The notes below the pieces were generated by a model. The model worked only from the letters and a program-made list of their open reading frames with translations, was not told where the DNA came from and ran no database searches. A stretch of 62,336 nucleotides of DNA, counting the filler. It is 4 parts of 4 records of this genome, joined end to end, with 100 filler letters (N's around TTAATTAATTAA, not from the genome) between each part and the next. Parts side by side here need not be neighbours in the genome. Positions count along the whole stretch, not along the records: positions 20,795 to 50,423 come from SRR20825010_4339; 3 more parts are not named here. The stretch is one strand, 5' to 3'. This document shows positions 28,839 to 37,770 of the stretch, in pieces. The stretch's first letter is position 1; each line of letters starts with the position of its first letter. A program made the translations under genes and the position numbers.

Positions 28839-31310
28839 TTAGAAACGGTAGGTGGCAGTTGCGCGCCATTCACGACCCTTGCTGGGGAGAACGGCCACAT
28901 CGCCATAGAGATCCTGAAGCGGTGTGAAGTATTCTTCGTCCAGAACGTTGTCGACGTTCAGCGCTACACGCCAGTCGGCAAAGTCGGCATAGGCAGAAGC
29001 CTGCACCACGAAATAGTCCGGATACTTCACAGGTGTTGCAGCAAGACCGGCTGTTTCCGAGACGTAGCGAACACCCCAAGTCGTACCGGCCTGACCCCAG
29101 TCATATTTGTCTGTGGTGTAGGTCGCATAGAGGCTTGCAACGATTTCGGGGATACGGCGGTCTTCGATCGCACCGGAGTAGTAGCTGTTGCCGGTGATAC
29201 CTGCGATATTGCTGAACGAGTAGCCGACCAGACCCGCACCATAGTAATCGGCGGGGTTGTAGCCAAATGTGGCAGGTGTGAAGTAGTAGAAAGCATCATA
29301 GCTGCCGAGGAACTTGGTCTTCTGCACGTTACCGGCAAAGGTAAAGCTCAGATTGTCCGTCGCCAGATAGCGCAGTTCGAGTTCCACGCCCTTGCCTTCT
29401 GTTTCGTCAATGCCGCCACCAACTGTGTCGAGCACTGTGCGATGCTGCTTGTAGGCAGCAAGCGAACCGGTCAGCACGCCGTCAAAAGCTTCAAGCTTGA
29501 TACCGGCTTCAATCAGGTCGCCATCGGACAACCAGTTTCCGTTAGCAATGTTTGTGGGCGAAACGTCACCGGCCTGACCAAACTCGATGGCGGAGGTTTC
29601 GGCATAGCTCACATAGGGACGGACACCGATGGGGGTCTTGTACATCAGCATGGCGCTATAAGTGAACGCGCCCTGCGAGTCTGACTGGGGGCCAGTTGTG
29701 CAGTAGCACAGGGCACCTGTGTCATTGGCCTCAACGTCATACCAATCGTAGCGACCCGTCAGGGTCATCAGAATGGTTTCGTCGAAGTTGATATCGGTCA
29801 TCGCAAAGATGCCCGTATCATTCCATGTCGAGTTATTGTTGTAGTCCCAGGAATATCCGGAACCAGCGATGAAGGGTGAGCCGAGAATATCCGTGGCTGT
29901 CGCGCCTGCGGAGATGTCACGACGATCGAGCGCGATGCCGCCGTAGTTGAAGGACTCCTTCTTCTGCGCATCATAGTAACGATGGCTACCGCCAATGTTG
30001 TAGGAAACCACAACCGGTGAGTCCTTCAGCTTAACATCACCATTGTAAGTCACGCGTCCTTCGACGGTGTAGGCATCATAGTCGGCGGGAAAGCCGTAAC
30101 TTACGAAACGCTTGTTATCGAGCGAGTCATAAAACATCTGAAGCTTCAGCTCCGATCCGCTCGCAAAGCTCTTGATCAGATCGCCATAGAGGGTGAGCGT
30201 TGTGGTGTCAGAGAAGTCGGCATCGCTTGTATACACGTCACGATGGCTGAGCTGTGTCGTGCCGACGCCTGTATCGAGCGGCAGATAGGCGGGGTTGATA
30301 TTGCAGAAGCCGAAACATTCGGGCGCTTGCGTGAAACCACCGGCAGGGATTTCGCTCCTGTCGATATACCCATTGGCATTGGCATCAACCAGCGCACTAT
30401 TTGTGCCGGTGATGTAGGTGCCATTGTCGATGAGATCCTGAGTGACGCGGTTCCAACCCGGTGTCTGCACATAGCCTTCCGAGTTGTAGTACATGACGCC
30501 GCCGCCATAGGTCCAGCCATCCATTGTTTCGAACTGGGCTGTGGCTTCGAGCAACTGATGTTCCGGCTCAATACCGCGATAGAAGCTCTTAGAATCCTCA
30601 AGCTCGCCATAGACGAATACGCCGCCCGCCGTGTCACCGAAATTGAGCGGGATGCCGGCCTGAAAGCTGGTGTTCTTCTTGTCGTAGGAACCAACTGTCG
30701 CTGTGACCTCGCCGGTCACTTCGGTCATATAGCCTGCCTCGTCACTGACCTTGGCTGTCTTGGGCTCGAGGTTGAGCAAGCCACCGACTTTGCCGGGGCC
30801 AAAATTTGCCGTGGGCGGGCCGCGCAGAATGTCGATGCGCGAGGTCGCGCCCAGCGGCGTCTGATAGGTGCCGCGGTTTTCGATACGCTTGAAGCCGTGG
30901 AAATAAGTTTCTGCAAGCAGACCGCGTACGTTCAATGCACCTTCGACACCATAGAAGGAAGATGTGAAAGTGCCCGGCGACACAGCTGTCAGATCGTCCA
31001 CCGTGGTAACGCCATAGGCATCCATGGTTTCGCTGCTGACGAAGGTGGCCGAACGCGCTGTTTCCAGCAGCGGCTTTTTCATACCAAAGAGAAGATTGCT
31101 CGGCTGCTGCTCCAGCAGACCTGCCTTATCGCGCTCGGAGATAACAAGCATCTCCTGTGCATTGTCAGGTGACTCAACAACCTCAGTTGCATCTGTCTCC
31201 TGTGTGGTTGTGGCCTCTTCCGCCCATGCGCCACCTGGCGCAATGAACGCCGCAAGAGCGGCACCTAGCGCCACCCGCGAGACGGAATTAAATAGCCTTA
31301 GTTTTCGCAT
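28839..31310 (-). CDS. TonB-dependent outer membrane receptor
   Basis: Signal peptide (GAWA-EE), plug motif RIDILRGP..GGLLN, EGKGVELE, LNVDNVLDEEY, C-terminal TYRF. Confidence 0.93.
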   Translation of the reverse strand: MRKLRLFNSVSRVALGAALAAFIAPGGAWAEEATTTQETDATEVVESPDNAQEMLVISERDKAGLLEQQPSNLLFGMKKPLLETARSATFVSSETMDAYGVTTVDDLTAVSPGTFTSSFYGVEGALNVRGLLAETYFHGFKRIENRGTYQTPLGATSRIDILRGPPTANFGPGKVGGLLNLEPKTAKVSDEAGYMTEVTGEVTATVGSYDKKNTSFQAGIPLNFGDTAGGVFVYGELEDSKSFYRGIEPEHQLLEATAQFETMDGWTYGGGVMYYNSEGYVQTPGWNRVTQDLIDNGTYITGTNSALVDANANGYIDRSEIPAGGFTQAPECFGFCNINPAYLPLDTGVGTTQLSHRDVYTSDADFSDTTTLTLYGDLIKSFASGSELKLQMFYDSLDNKRFVSYGFPADYDAYTVEGRVTYNGDVKLKDSPVVVSYNIGGSHRYYDAQKKESFNYGGIALDRRDISAGATATDILGSPFIAGSGYSWDYNNNSTWNDTGIFAMTDINFDETILMTLTGRYDWYDVEANDTGALCYCTTGPQSDSQGAFTYSAMLMYKTPIGVRPYVSYAETSAIEFGQAGDVSPTNIANGNWLSDGDLIEAGIKLEAFDGVLTGSLAAYKQHRTVLDTVGGGIDETEGKGVELELRYLATDNLSFTFAGNVQKTKFLGSYDAFYYFTPATFGYNPADYYGAGLVGYSFSNIAGITGNSYYSGAIEDRRIPEIVASLYATYTTDKYDWGQAGTTWGVRYVSETAGLAATPVKYPDYFVVQASAYADFADWRVALNVDNVLDEEYFTPLQDLYGDVAVLPSKGREWRATATYRF

Positions 31311-31370
31311 GCCTTTAAGCCCCCATATATACAACGCAGAACCCAAGTGTTCGCAGATGCAGCAAATGGT

Positions 31371-31386
31371 AGCAAAGGCTATGCCA
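31371..31386 (-). promoter_or_regulatory. Sigma54 promoter for the TBDR-MFS-rutA-like operon
   Basis: Minus strand TGGCATAGCCTTTGCT matches TGGCAY-N5-TTGCW, about 60 nt upstream of the TBDR ATG. Confidence 0.75.
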
Positions 31387-31710
31387 TCAAGTTAACCCAT
31401 TGTTATTGTTTGATTTTTTATCAGAACACAACAATTTCACGGCATTTTGTGACAAAAAATCATCACGCGCTGCAGCGAAATTGACGATATTGCTTCGCTT
31501 GTCGGCAGCACGGTTGCCGTTGGGGAATTTGAACAAGTATCTGTTCGTGTGAACAAGAAATCTGAACAAAAATTAACTTTGTTCGGTCAGCCCAGAAGCG
31601 CCGCGGCGACAATTTGGCACGGGAAAGCCCCTCAAAACTCGGTCCAAAAACCATACTTGAGAAATTCGAGCGGCAGAATTCAGCCAGTCTCGATGCACAA
31701 CTCAGCTTTT

Positions 31711-31743
31711 CGCCACAAAAATAGGCAGCCACAAACCAGTGCC
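31711..31743. promoter_or_regulatory. Tandem NtrC-like 17-mers
   Basis: CGCCACAAAAATAGGCA and AGCCACAAACCAGTGCC, both GC-N11-GC with an A-rich core. Confidence 0.4.
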
Positions 31744-31876
31744 ACTCATTTAATCACTGCGGGCCAAGACAGGTGACACGCAAGAATAAGCGCAACTCAA
31801 AGGGCGTCGGCAGGCAAGACCAAGAAAAGAATGCGGACATAACATCCGGGACAAACTGTAAGAAGTGGCGTTCCGA

Positions 31877-32731
31877 ATGACAGCCGATACAAAAATCAAA
31901 ACCACCCCTCTCATGGCCGGATTTGGTGTCGAGATCCTTGATGTTGATCTCAAGCACGCCACTGATGATACACGACGGGAAGTGATTGACCTGTTTCACG
32001 CCAATGGCGCGATCGTCTTGCGTGGTCAGACAATGGAACCCGATGACTTGATGTCTTTCATCAGTCTGTTCGGTGAGCCGGAAGACCACACGCAAACGCA
32101 ATTCACCCTGCCCGGTTATCCGAAAATCTTCCGGCTTTCCAACAAGATTGAAAATGGAAAGCCGATCGGCGCACATAATGACGGCGTGGGTTGGCATACC
32201 GACTATTCCTATAAGGAAGAGCCGGTCATGTGCACCATGCTCTACGCGGTTGAAGTGCCGCCTGAAGGCAGCGACACACTGCTCTCGGATCTTTGTGAAG
32301 CCTATAATGTGCTTTCCGACGAGCAGAAGAAGAAGCTCGATGGACTTATGCTGCATCACTCTTACGAGCACTTGATGTCGAGCCGCGAATTCGGACGTAT
32401 GAAAATCAGCGACGAACTTAAAGCGGCCAACCCTGATGTTCTCCATCCTCTGATCCGCACGCATCCGGCTAATGGTCGCAAAGCGCTGTGGGTCAGCACA
32501 GGTACCGTCAAAGGCATTGTCGGGATGGAAGACGGGGAAGCTCAGAAACTAATCGACGAGCTGATCGAATTTGTCACGGATGATCGTTTCGTCTATCGAC
32601 ACAAATGGCAGGTTGGCGACATTCTCGTCTGGGATAATCGCTGCACGCTCCATACAGGCACTCTTTTTGATGACACAAAATACGAACGTCTGATGCATCG
32701 CCTTTGGGCAAAGGGCGACAAGCCCTTCTGA
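31877..32731 (+). CDS. TauD/TfdA-family Fe(II)/2-oxoglutarate dioxygenase
   Basis: WHTDYSY (HxD), GSDTL, HPLIRTHP, WQVGDILVWDNRCTLH..R. Confidence 0.92.
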   Translation: MTADTKIKTTPLMAGFGVEILDVDLKHATDDTRREVIDLFHANGAIVLRGQTMEPDDLMSFISLFGEPEDHTQTQFTLPGYPKIFRLSNKIENGKPIGAHNDGVGWHTDYSYKEEPVMCTMLYAVEVPPEGSDTLLSDLCEAYNVLSDEQKKKLDGLMLHHSYEHLMSSREFGRMKISDELKAANPDVLHPLIRTHPANGRKALWVSTGTVKGIVGMEDGEAQKLIDELIEFVTDDRFVYRHKWQVGDILVWDNRCTLHTGTLFDDTKYERLMHRLWAKGDKPF

Positions 32732-32787
32732 CCTCAATATCAGGTATCCCGGCTCCCCCCCACGGCATATTGCTGACAGGACATTAT

Positions 32788-33633
32788 ATGACAGGCGAAA
32801 AACCAAAAGTCTGGTGGATCACCGGTGTCAGCAGCGGCTTTGGTCAGGCAATCGCCGCCGCCGCGCTTGCCCGCGGCGATGTCGTGGTGGGGACTGTGCG
32901 TCGCACTGAAGACAAGCAAAAGTTCGAGCAGTTCGCGCCTAAGAATGCCATCGGCCTTCTGCTAGACATTACAGATGAGAAGGCCGTGAGGGATACGGCC
33001 GCAAAGATTGAAGAGACTGTCGGTGCGATCGATATTCTCGTCAACAATGCAGGATATGGTCTCGTCGGTGCCATCGAGGAAGCGTCGCAAGCCGAGATCC
33101 GCGCTCAGTTCGAAGTGAATGTCTTTGGCACGATCAGCGTGATCCAGTCTGTTCTCCCCTATATGCGTAAACGTGGCGCTGGACGGATTATCAACGTAAC
33201 ATCTGTCAGCGGCCTCGCCCCCTGGATGGGCACAGGCATTTACGGTGCCAGCAAATTTGCACTCGAATGCATCGGCCAGACACTTGCCGAGGAAGTTGCT
33301 CCGCTCGGCATCAAAGTGACCAATGTGGCGCCGGGCGGATTGCGCACAGACTTTGCCACGCGCTCGCTAACAGTTTGCCAAAAAGAAATTGCCGACTATG
33401 AGGCAACGGCCCATATGGCCAAGACTATTCTGTCAGGACATGGTGGAAGTGAAAACGGCGATCCGGCGAAAGCCGCCTTGGCCGTGCTCAAAATTGCAGA
33501 TGCTGAAGAGCCGCCGATGCATCTGCTACTGGGTGCGGATGCGCTGCATTATGTGGGTCGGACAATGGGCAACTTCCTTGCCGAAATAGCGGACTGGGCA
33601 CCGCTCTCTGTTTCCATCGCATTTGAAGAGTAA
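32788..33633 (+). CDS. Short-chain dehydrogenase/reductase
   Basis: ITGVSSGFG, LVNNAGYG, YGASKFA (YxxxK), VAPGGLRTDF; start moved to MTGEK. Confidence 0.92.
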   Translation: MTGEKPKVWWITGVSSGFGQAIAAAALARGDVVVGTVRRTEDKQKFEQFAPKNAIGLLLDITDEKAVRDTAAKIEETVGAIDILVNNAGYGLVGAIEEASQAEIRAQFEVNVFGTISVIQSVLPYMRKRGAGRIINVTSVSGLAPWMGTGIYGASKFALECIGQTLAEEVAPLGIKVTNVAPGGLRTDFATRSLTVCQKEIADYEATAHMAKTILSGHGGSENGDPAKAALAVLKIADAEEPPMHLLLGADALHYVGRTMGNFLAEIADWAPLSVSIAFEE

Positions 33634-33651
33634 AATTCGAAAGATGCTTAC

Positions 33652-33682
33652 AAAAAAGGCGGCTCCAACGAGCCGCCTTTTT
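33652..33682. terminator. Bidirectional intrinsic terminator
   Basis: AAAAAGGCGGCTC-CAAC-GAGCCGCCTTTTT between convergent genes. Confidence 0.85.
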
Positions 33683-33701
33683 GTTGTTTCTGATGGACCG
33701 G

Positions 33702-34517
33702 TTATGCAGGCCGAAGTGTTTCACCAACGGTTACACGATAGCCCGAACGCACCTGCGGGAAATAATCCCAAACAGCCAGATGCCATGTGCAACGATTGTC
33801 CCAGAAGGCAATTGATTTCGGCTTCCAGCGAAAACGTACATGGAAGTTCGGATTGGCGCAGTGGTCGTAAAGCATTTTCAAAACGCCATCGCTTTCCGCT
33901 TTTCCAAGTCCGACAATCTCTGTCGTATAGGAAGGGTTGACGAAAATGCCCTTCCGCTTGGTCACCGGATGGGTGCGTATGACAGGGTGGCTATTGGTGG
34001 GGAAACGCTTGTTCGGATCATTTGTAATCGGGCGATAAACATGTTCGCCGTCATGCACAGCATATAGTCCTTCGAGATAGGTCTGCATGCCTGGCGACAA
34101 GGCGTCATAGGCCGCATACATGCTGGCAAACATGGTGTCGCCACCATATTCAGGAACGATGGGCAGATAGAGAATGCTGCCCATGGGCGGAATTTCATTG
34201 CAGGTGAGATCAGAGTGCCAGTTTTCGCCGGCTACAAATTTCGAATTCTCGTCTGCGTGGATGGCGACAATTTCGGGATGATCCGCCAGACCGGCGACAC
34301 CACTGTGGATCGCCAATTCGCCAAATGCGCGCCCCAGCTCTTTATGACGCTCATGATCGAGATCCTGATCCCGCATGAAAATTACTTGATGTTCCATCAA
34401 CGCATTGTGGAGTTCATCAACGATCTTGTTCGTCAAAGGTTGGGAGAGATCAACGCCTTCAATTTCCGCGCCGATACGTGCCGTCATCGGCTTAACAGTC
34501 AAGACTTCGTATTCCAT
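33702..34517 (-). CDS. TauD-family Fe(II)/2-oxoglutarate dioxygenase (second paralogue)
   Basis: IGAEIEGVDL, WHSDLT, GGDTMFASM, HPVIRTHP, FWDNRCTWH, RSGYRVT. Confidence 0.92.
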   Translation of the reverse strand: MEYEVLTVKPMTARIGAEIEGVDLSQPLTNKIVDELHNALMEHQVIFMRDQDLDHERHKELGRAFGELAIHSGVAGLADHPEIVAIHADENSKFVAGENWHSDLTCNEIPPMGSILYLPIVPEYGGDTMFASMYAAYDALSPGMQTYLEGLYAVHDGEHVYRPITNDPNKRFPTNSHPVIRTHPVTKRKGIFVNPSYTTEIVGLGKAESDGVLKMLYDHCANPNFHVRFRWKPKSIAFWDNRCTWHLAVWDYFPQVRSGYRVTVGETLRPA

Positions 34518-34586
34518 AACACTGATCCTATTCAGCGCTTAGTGCCTCGTGTCGAAGACATGCAAGCCCAAGCCGTTTTAACGCTA

Positions 34587-34602
34587 ATCAATTCCCGTGC
34601 CA
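34587..34602 (-). promoter_or_regulatory. Sigma54-like promoter variant upstream of the second tauD
   Basis: Minus strand TGGCACGGGAATTGAT: perfect -24 element, but TTGA instead of TTGC at -12. Confidence 0.45.
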
Positions 34603-34639
34603 GATGCTTGCCTAGACGCGCCCCGGCATTTGTCTTTTC

Positions 34640-35248
34640 CTACATGCCAAAGGGAAATGCCTTGGGATCATAGGCCGCGCTTGCACGCACATGTCCCAAT
34701 GCAGCGGCATATTCCAGCAGGATTCCAAGGCTGTAAGTGCAGCGGGCGACCACTTTTGCTTCTGCCGCTGCGTCTGTTGCTGGCTCATGGTTCAACACGG
34801 ATTTGACGCCATGAATGATCACATGGTCGGGTATCCAGCAGATTTTGTTGTTCTTGAAGCCAGTGGTGCGCAATTCCACCACAGGATAGGTGCCACCGAG
34901 AGATGCCGAGATCGAAACGATAAGACCCGGCTTATGTGCCAGTTCGCCAGTGCAAAGCAGAAGCATATTCTTGAGCGCCGGTGGCACCATGCCGTGCCAC
35001 TCGGGCACGACTACGATAAATCCGTCACAAGACGCCAGCTCTTCTGAAATCGGCTTCCAAGCATCGTTCAGTGGCGATGGAGCGGATGAGAACGCTGTTT
35101 CATCCCAGAATGGCAATGGCCCTGCCCCCATATCAATGAGAGGGCCGGTCTCAATTTCCTTTCCCTTTAGCTGGGCAAGGAAATATTCAGCAACCTTTTT
35201 CGATTGTGCATTGGGTCTCTGGCTTCCGGAAATAACGCTGATCTTCAT
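34640..35248 (-). CDS. NAD(P)H-dependent FMN reductase (flavodoxin-like fold)
   Basis: ISGSQRPNAQS, VVVPEWHGMVPPALKN, LAHKPG. Confidence 0.88.
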   Translation of the reverse strand: MKISVISGSQRPNAQSKKVAEYFLAQLKGKEIETGPLIDMGAGPLPFWDETAFSSAPSPLNDAWKPISEELASCDGFIVVVPEWHGMVPPALKNMLLLCTGELAHKPGLIVSISASLGGTYPVVELRTTGFKNNKICWIPDHVIIHGVKSVLNHEPATDAAAEAKVVARCTYSLGILLEYAAALGHVRASAAYDPKAFPFGM

Positions 35249-35365
35249 GACAGGACAGCTCACCTCAAATCAAACTGGTACGCCAATGAGTAGACCGGGT
35301 TGCGCTTGTCTGGTCTTGCCTGCCCGCGCTCGAATGCTATGCCACGCTACTTACGGCGCGTCATC

Positions 35366-35455
35366 TGCCACTTTTTGGGGCGAAGTGCAGCCGCTTTTCT
35401 AGGCATGTTGGATTTCGATCCACTCGAAAAACAATAGTTTGGACGCCTGACTGCA
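35366..35455 (+). promoter_or_regulatory. Two NtrC-like boxes followed by a sigma54-like promoter for the Rieske gene
   Basis: TGCCACTTTTTGGGGCG (35366-35382), AGCCGCTTTTCTAGGCA (35389-35405), TGGACGCCTGACTGCA (35440-35455, GG-N10-GC). Confidence 0.5.
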
Positions 35456-35554
35456 AGAGCAATGACGGAACTCTGCATATGGTCAAGCCTAGAAGCCAGA
35501 GGCCTGAAACTTGCGTCTGTCCCTTCGGGGAAGAGCGTTTGAGCGGAGTAAACT

Positions 35555-36760
35555 ATGCCGAGTACAATTCTCACCGACGAATTCTTCAAAGGGTTGGACA
35601 GTTCCATCTCGGATGTCTCCGAAGCGGAAACCTTACCGCCCGCCTGTTACACAAGCGAAGAATTCTTCGAATTCGAGAAGGAAGCCCTCTTCAACAAAGA
35701 ATGGCTGTGTGTCGGACGCGTTGACTGGGTGAAGAATGCCGGTGACTATTTCACCGCTACACATATCGGTGAACCCATCATCATCACACGCACGCGCGAC
35801 GGTGAGCTGAAGGCGCTGTCTGCCGTTTGCCAGCACCGCGCCATGCTGGTGGCGGAAGGTCGCGGCAATACAAAAGCCTTTGTCTGCCCCTATCATCACT
35901 GGACCTATGCGCTGGATGGACGCCTGATGGGTGCGCCGGCCATGGGAAAGACCTGCGGCTTTGATCGCAATGACGTCCGACTACCGGAAATAAAGACCGA
36001 GGTCTGGGAAGGTTTTGTCTTCATCAATTTTGATATGGATGCGCCGCCCCTCGCGCCGCGCCTGAGCAGTGTTGCCGAAGCACTTTCCAATTACGACATG
36101 GCAAATGCCGAAGGTGATATGCCAGACGAACCGATGAGCTTTCCGTGGAACTGGAAAGTCATGATGGAAAACAACAATGATGGCTACCACGCCAACAAGT
36201 TGCATCATGGTCCGTTGCACGACTTTATTCCGAGCGAGCTTGCATCCTTTCCCGACATGCCCGAAGGCAGCGCTGGCTATCTCCGCTTCAACGGCACGCT
36301 TCATCCAGATGCGGCATTCAACCCGCTGCAGAAAGCTGTGCTGCCTGTCTTTCCCAAGCTGACAGATGAGGAACGTCACCGCGCTGTGTTTGCCAATATT
36401 CCGCCGACACTGTCGCTTGTTGTGACTTCGGACATGATAATCTATCTGATCCTTCACGCCGAAAGCGCCAACACCCACTCAATGACAATCGGTTGGCTGG
36501 TTGCGCCCGGCGCCATGTCTGAACCGCTTTTCAAAGAGCGGCTAGACATGAACATGCGGTCTGCGATGGAAATCACGGAGCAAGATCTGCATGTAGACAA
36601 GCTGGTGCAGGTGGGACTTAAATCCCGTTTCGCCATTCGCGGGCGCTATTCATGGCAGGAACGTGCGCAAAGCGATCTCAACCAGTGGCTGGTTTCTCGC
36701 TATCAAGGCACGTGGGAAGATATGAAGGGCACAGACGCGGGCGTCAAAACGCCTGCCTGA
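35555..36760 (+). CDS. Rieske non-heme iron oxygenase alpha subunit (choline monooxygenase/CntA-like group)
   Basis: CQHR and CPYHHWTY Rieske ligands, NWKVMMENNNDGYHANKLH and EQD iron-binding motifs, TLPPACYTS. Confidence 0.92.
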   Translation: MPSTILTDEFFKGLDSSISDVSEAETLPPACYTSEEFFEFEKEALFNKEWLCVGRVDWVKNAGDYFTATHIGEPIIITRTRDGELKALSAVCQHRAMLVAEGRGNTKAFVCPYHHWTYALDGRLMGAPAMGKTCGFDRNDVRLPEIKTEVWEGFVFINFDMDAPPLAPRLSSVAEALSNYDMANAEGDMPDEPMSFPWNWKVMMENNNDGYHANKLHHGPLHDFIPSELASFPDMPEGSAGYLRFNGTLHPDAAFNPLQKAVLPVFPKLTDEERHRAVFANIPPTLSLVVTSDMIIYLILHAESANTHSMTIGWLVAPGAMSEPLFKERLDMNMRSAMEITEQDLHVDKLVQVGLKSRFAIRGRYSWQERAQSDLNQWLVSRYQGTWEDMKGTDAGVKTPA

Positions 36761-36787
36761 TCCAGAAACCGGAAACAGAGAAAACAT

Positions 36788-37579
36788 ATGCAAAGCGGCA
36801 CGACAACAAAACAGCCGGCCATTTTCTTTGGTCACGGCAGTCCCGGCAATGTGATGGAGGACAATGCCTTCACACAATGCTGGGAGGCGCTTGGGCGGGA
36901 ATTCGGCAAGCCTAAAGGTATTATTTGCATCTCTGCACATTGGTTCACACGGGGCGTTCGCGTGAGCGCCGCGATGGAGCCGCCGACCATCCACGATTTC
37001 GGCGGTTTTCCAAAAGCCATGTATGACTTGCGCTACCCTGCTAAAGGTAGTCCGGAACTAGCTGCCGCCATCTGCGAGAAACTGGCACCACTGGATGTCA
37101 TCATGGATGGCGAACGCGGGCTGGATCATGGATCCTGGTGTGTGCTGGCCAAAGTTTTTCCAAAGGCGGATGTACCTGTGGTGCAAGTGAGCATGGATGC
37201 GCAGATGCTTCCAAGCCAGCATTTCGAGCTTGGAACTTTGCTGGGGAGTTTCCGCGACGAAGGCTACCTGCTGATGGGCAGCGGCAATATCGTTCATAAC
37301 CTACCGGAGATGAACTGGCAGATGCGCGATGGCGCCTATGACTGGGCAACGCGTTTCGGCGACTATATTCGTGACGCTATCAAATTAGACAAGCCCGAGA
37401 ACCTTGTGAATTATACGTCGCAGGGTCGCGATGCCACGCTTTCCGTTCCCTCCACAGACCACTATCTCCCGCTTCTCTATGTGATGGGTGCCAAGCGTCC
37501 TGAGGATTCAGTGCGCTTTGAAACACCTGTTGTCGAATATGGATCACTGGACATGACCAGCGTTGTGATAGGCGGCTGA
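36788..37579 (+). CDS. ygiD: 4,5-DOPA-type extradiol dioxygenase (LigB fold, YgiD-like)
   Basis: PAIFFGHGSP, ISAHW, TIHDFGGFP, GLDHGSW, GSGNIVHNL, DHYLPLLY. Confidence 0.88.
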   Translation: MQSGTTTKQPAIFFGHGSPGNVMEDNAFTQCWEALGREFGKPKGIICISAHWFTRGVRVSAAMEPPTIHDFGGFPKAMYDLRYPAKGSPELAAAICEKLAPLDVIMDGERGLDHGSWCVLAKVFPKADVPVVQVSMDAQMLPSQHFELGTLLGSFRDEGYLLMGSGNIVHNLPEMNWQMRDGAYDWATRFGDYIRDAIKLDKPENLVNYTSQGRDATLSVPSTDHYLPLLYVMGAKRPEDSVRFETPVVEYGSLDMTSVVIGG

Positions 37580-37770
37580 CGCCCGCACCGCCGAAGCTGC
37601 AGGCATATGCGCAAAGCATGTGCCTGCAATGCAGGCAATCCGCTTTCTGACGGTAAAGCTGGCCATATCTTTTGCGCGTAAACACAAGACGCTTCGCCTC
37701 AAGACATTGGAAACTGTGAGCATGCTCTGCAAAAGAGTTCGGAAATCAGTTTCAGATACGAGGAGTTTTC

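Noticed and set aside
31551-31567. GAAC..GAAC as an alphaproteobacterial LexA box
   Set aside because: The spacer is 9 nt rather than the required 7
31615-31629. TGGCACGGGAAAGC as a sigma54 promoter for tauD1 (likewise TGGCCATATCTTTTGC before the amidase)
   Set aside because: GG-to-GC spacing is 9 (and 11) rather than the strict 10
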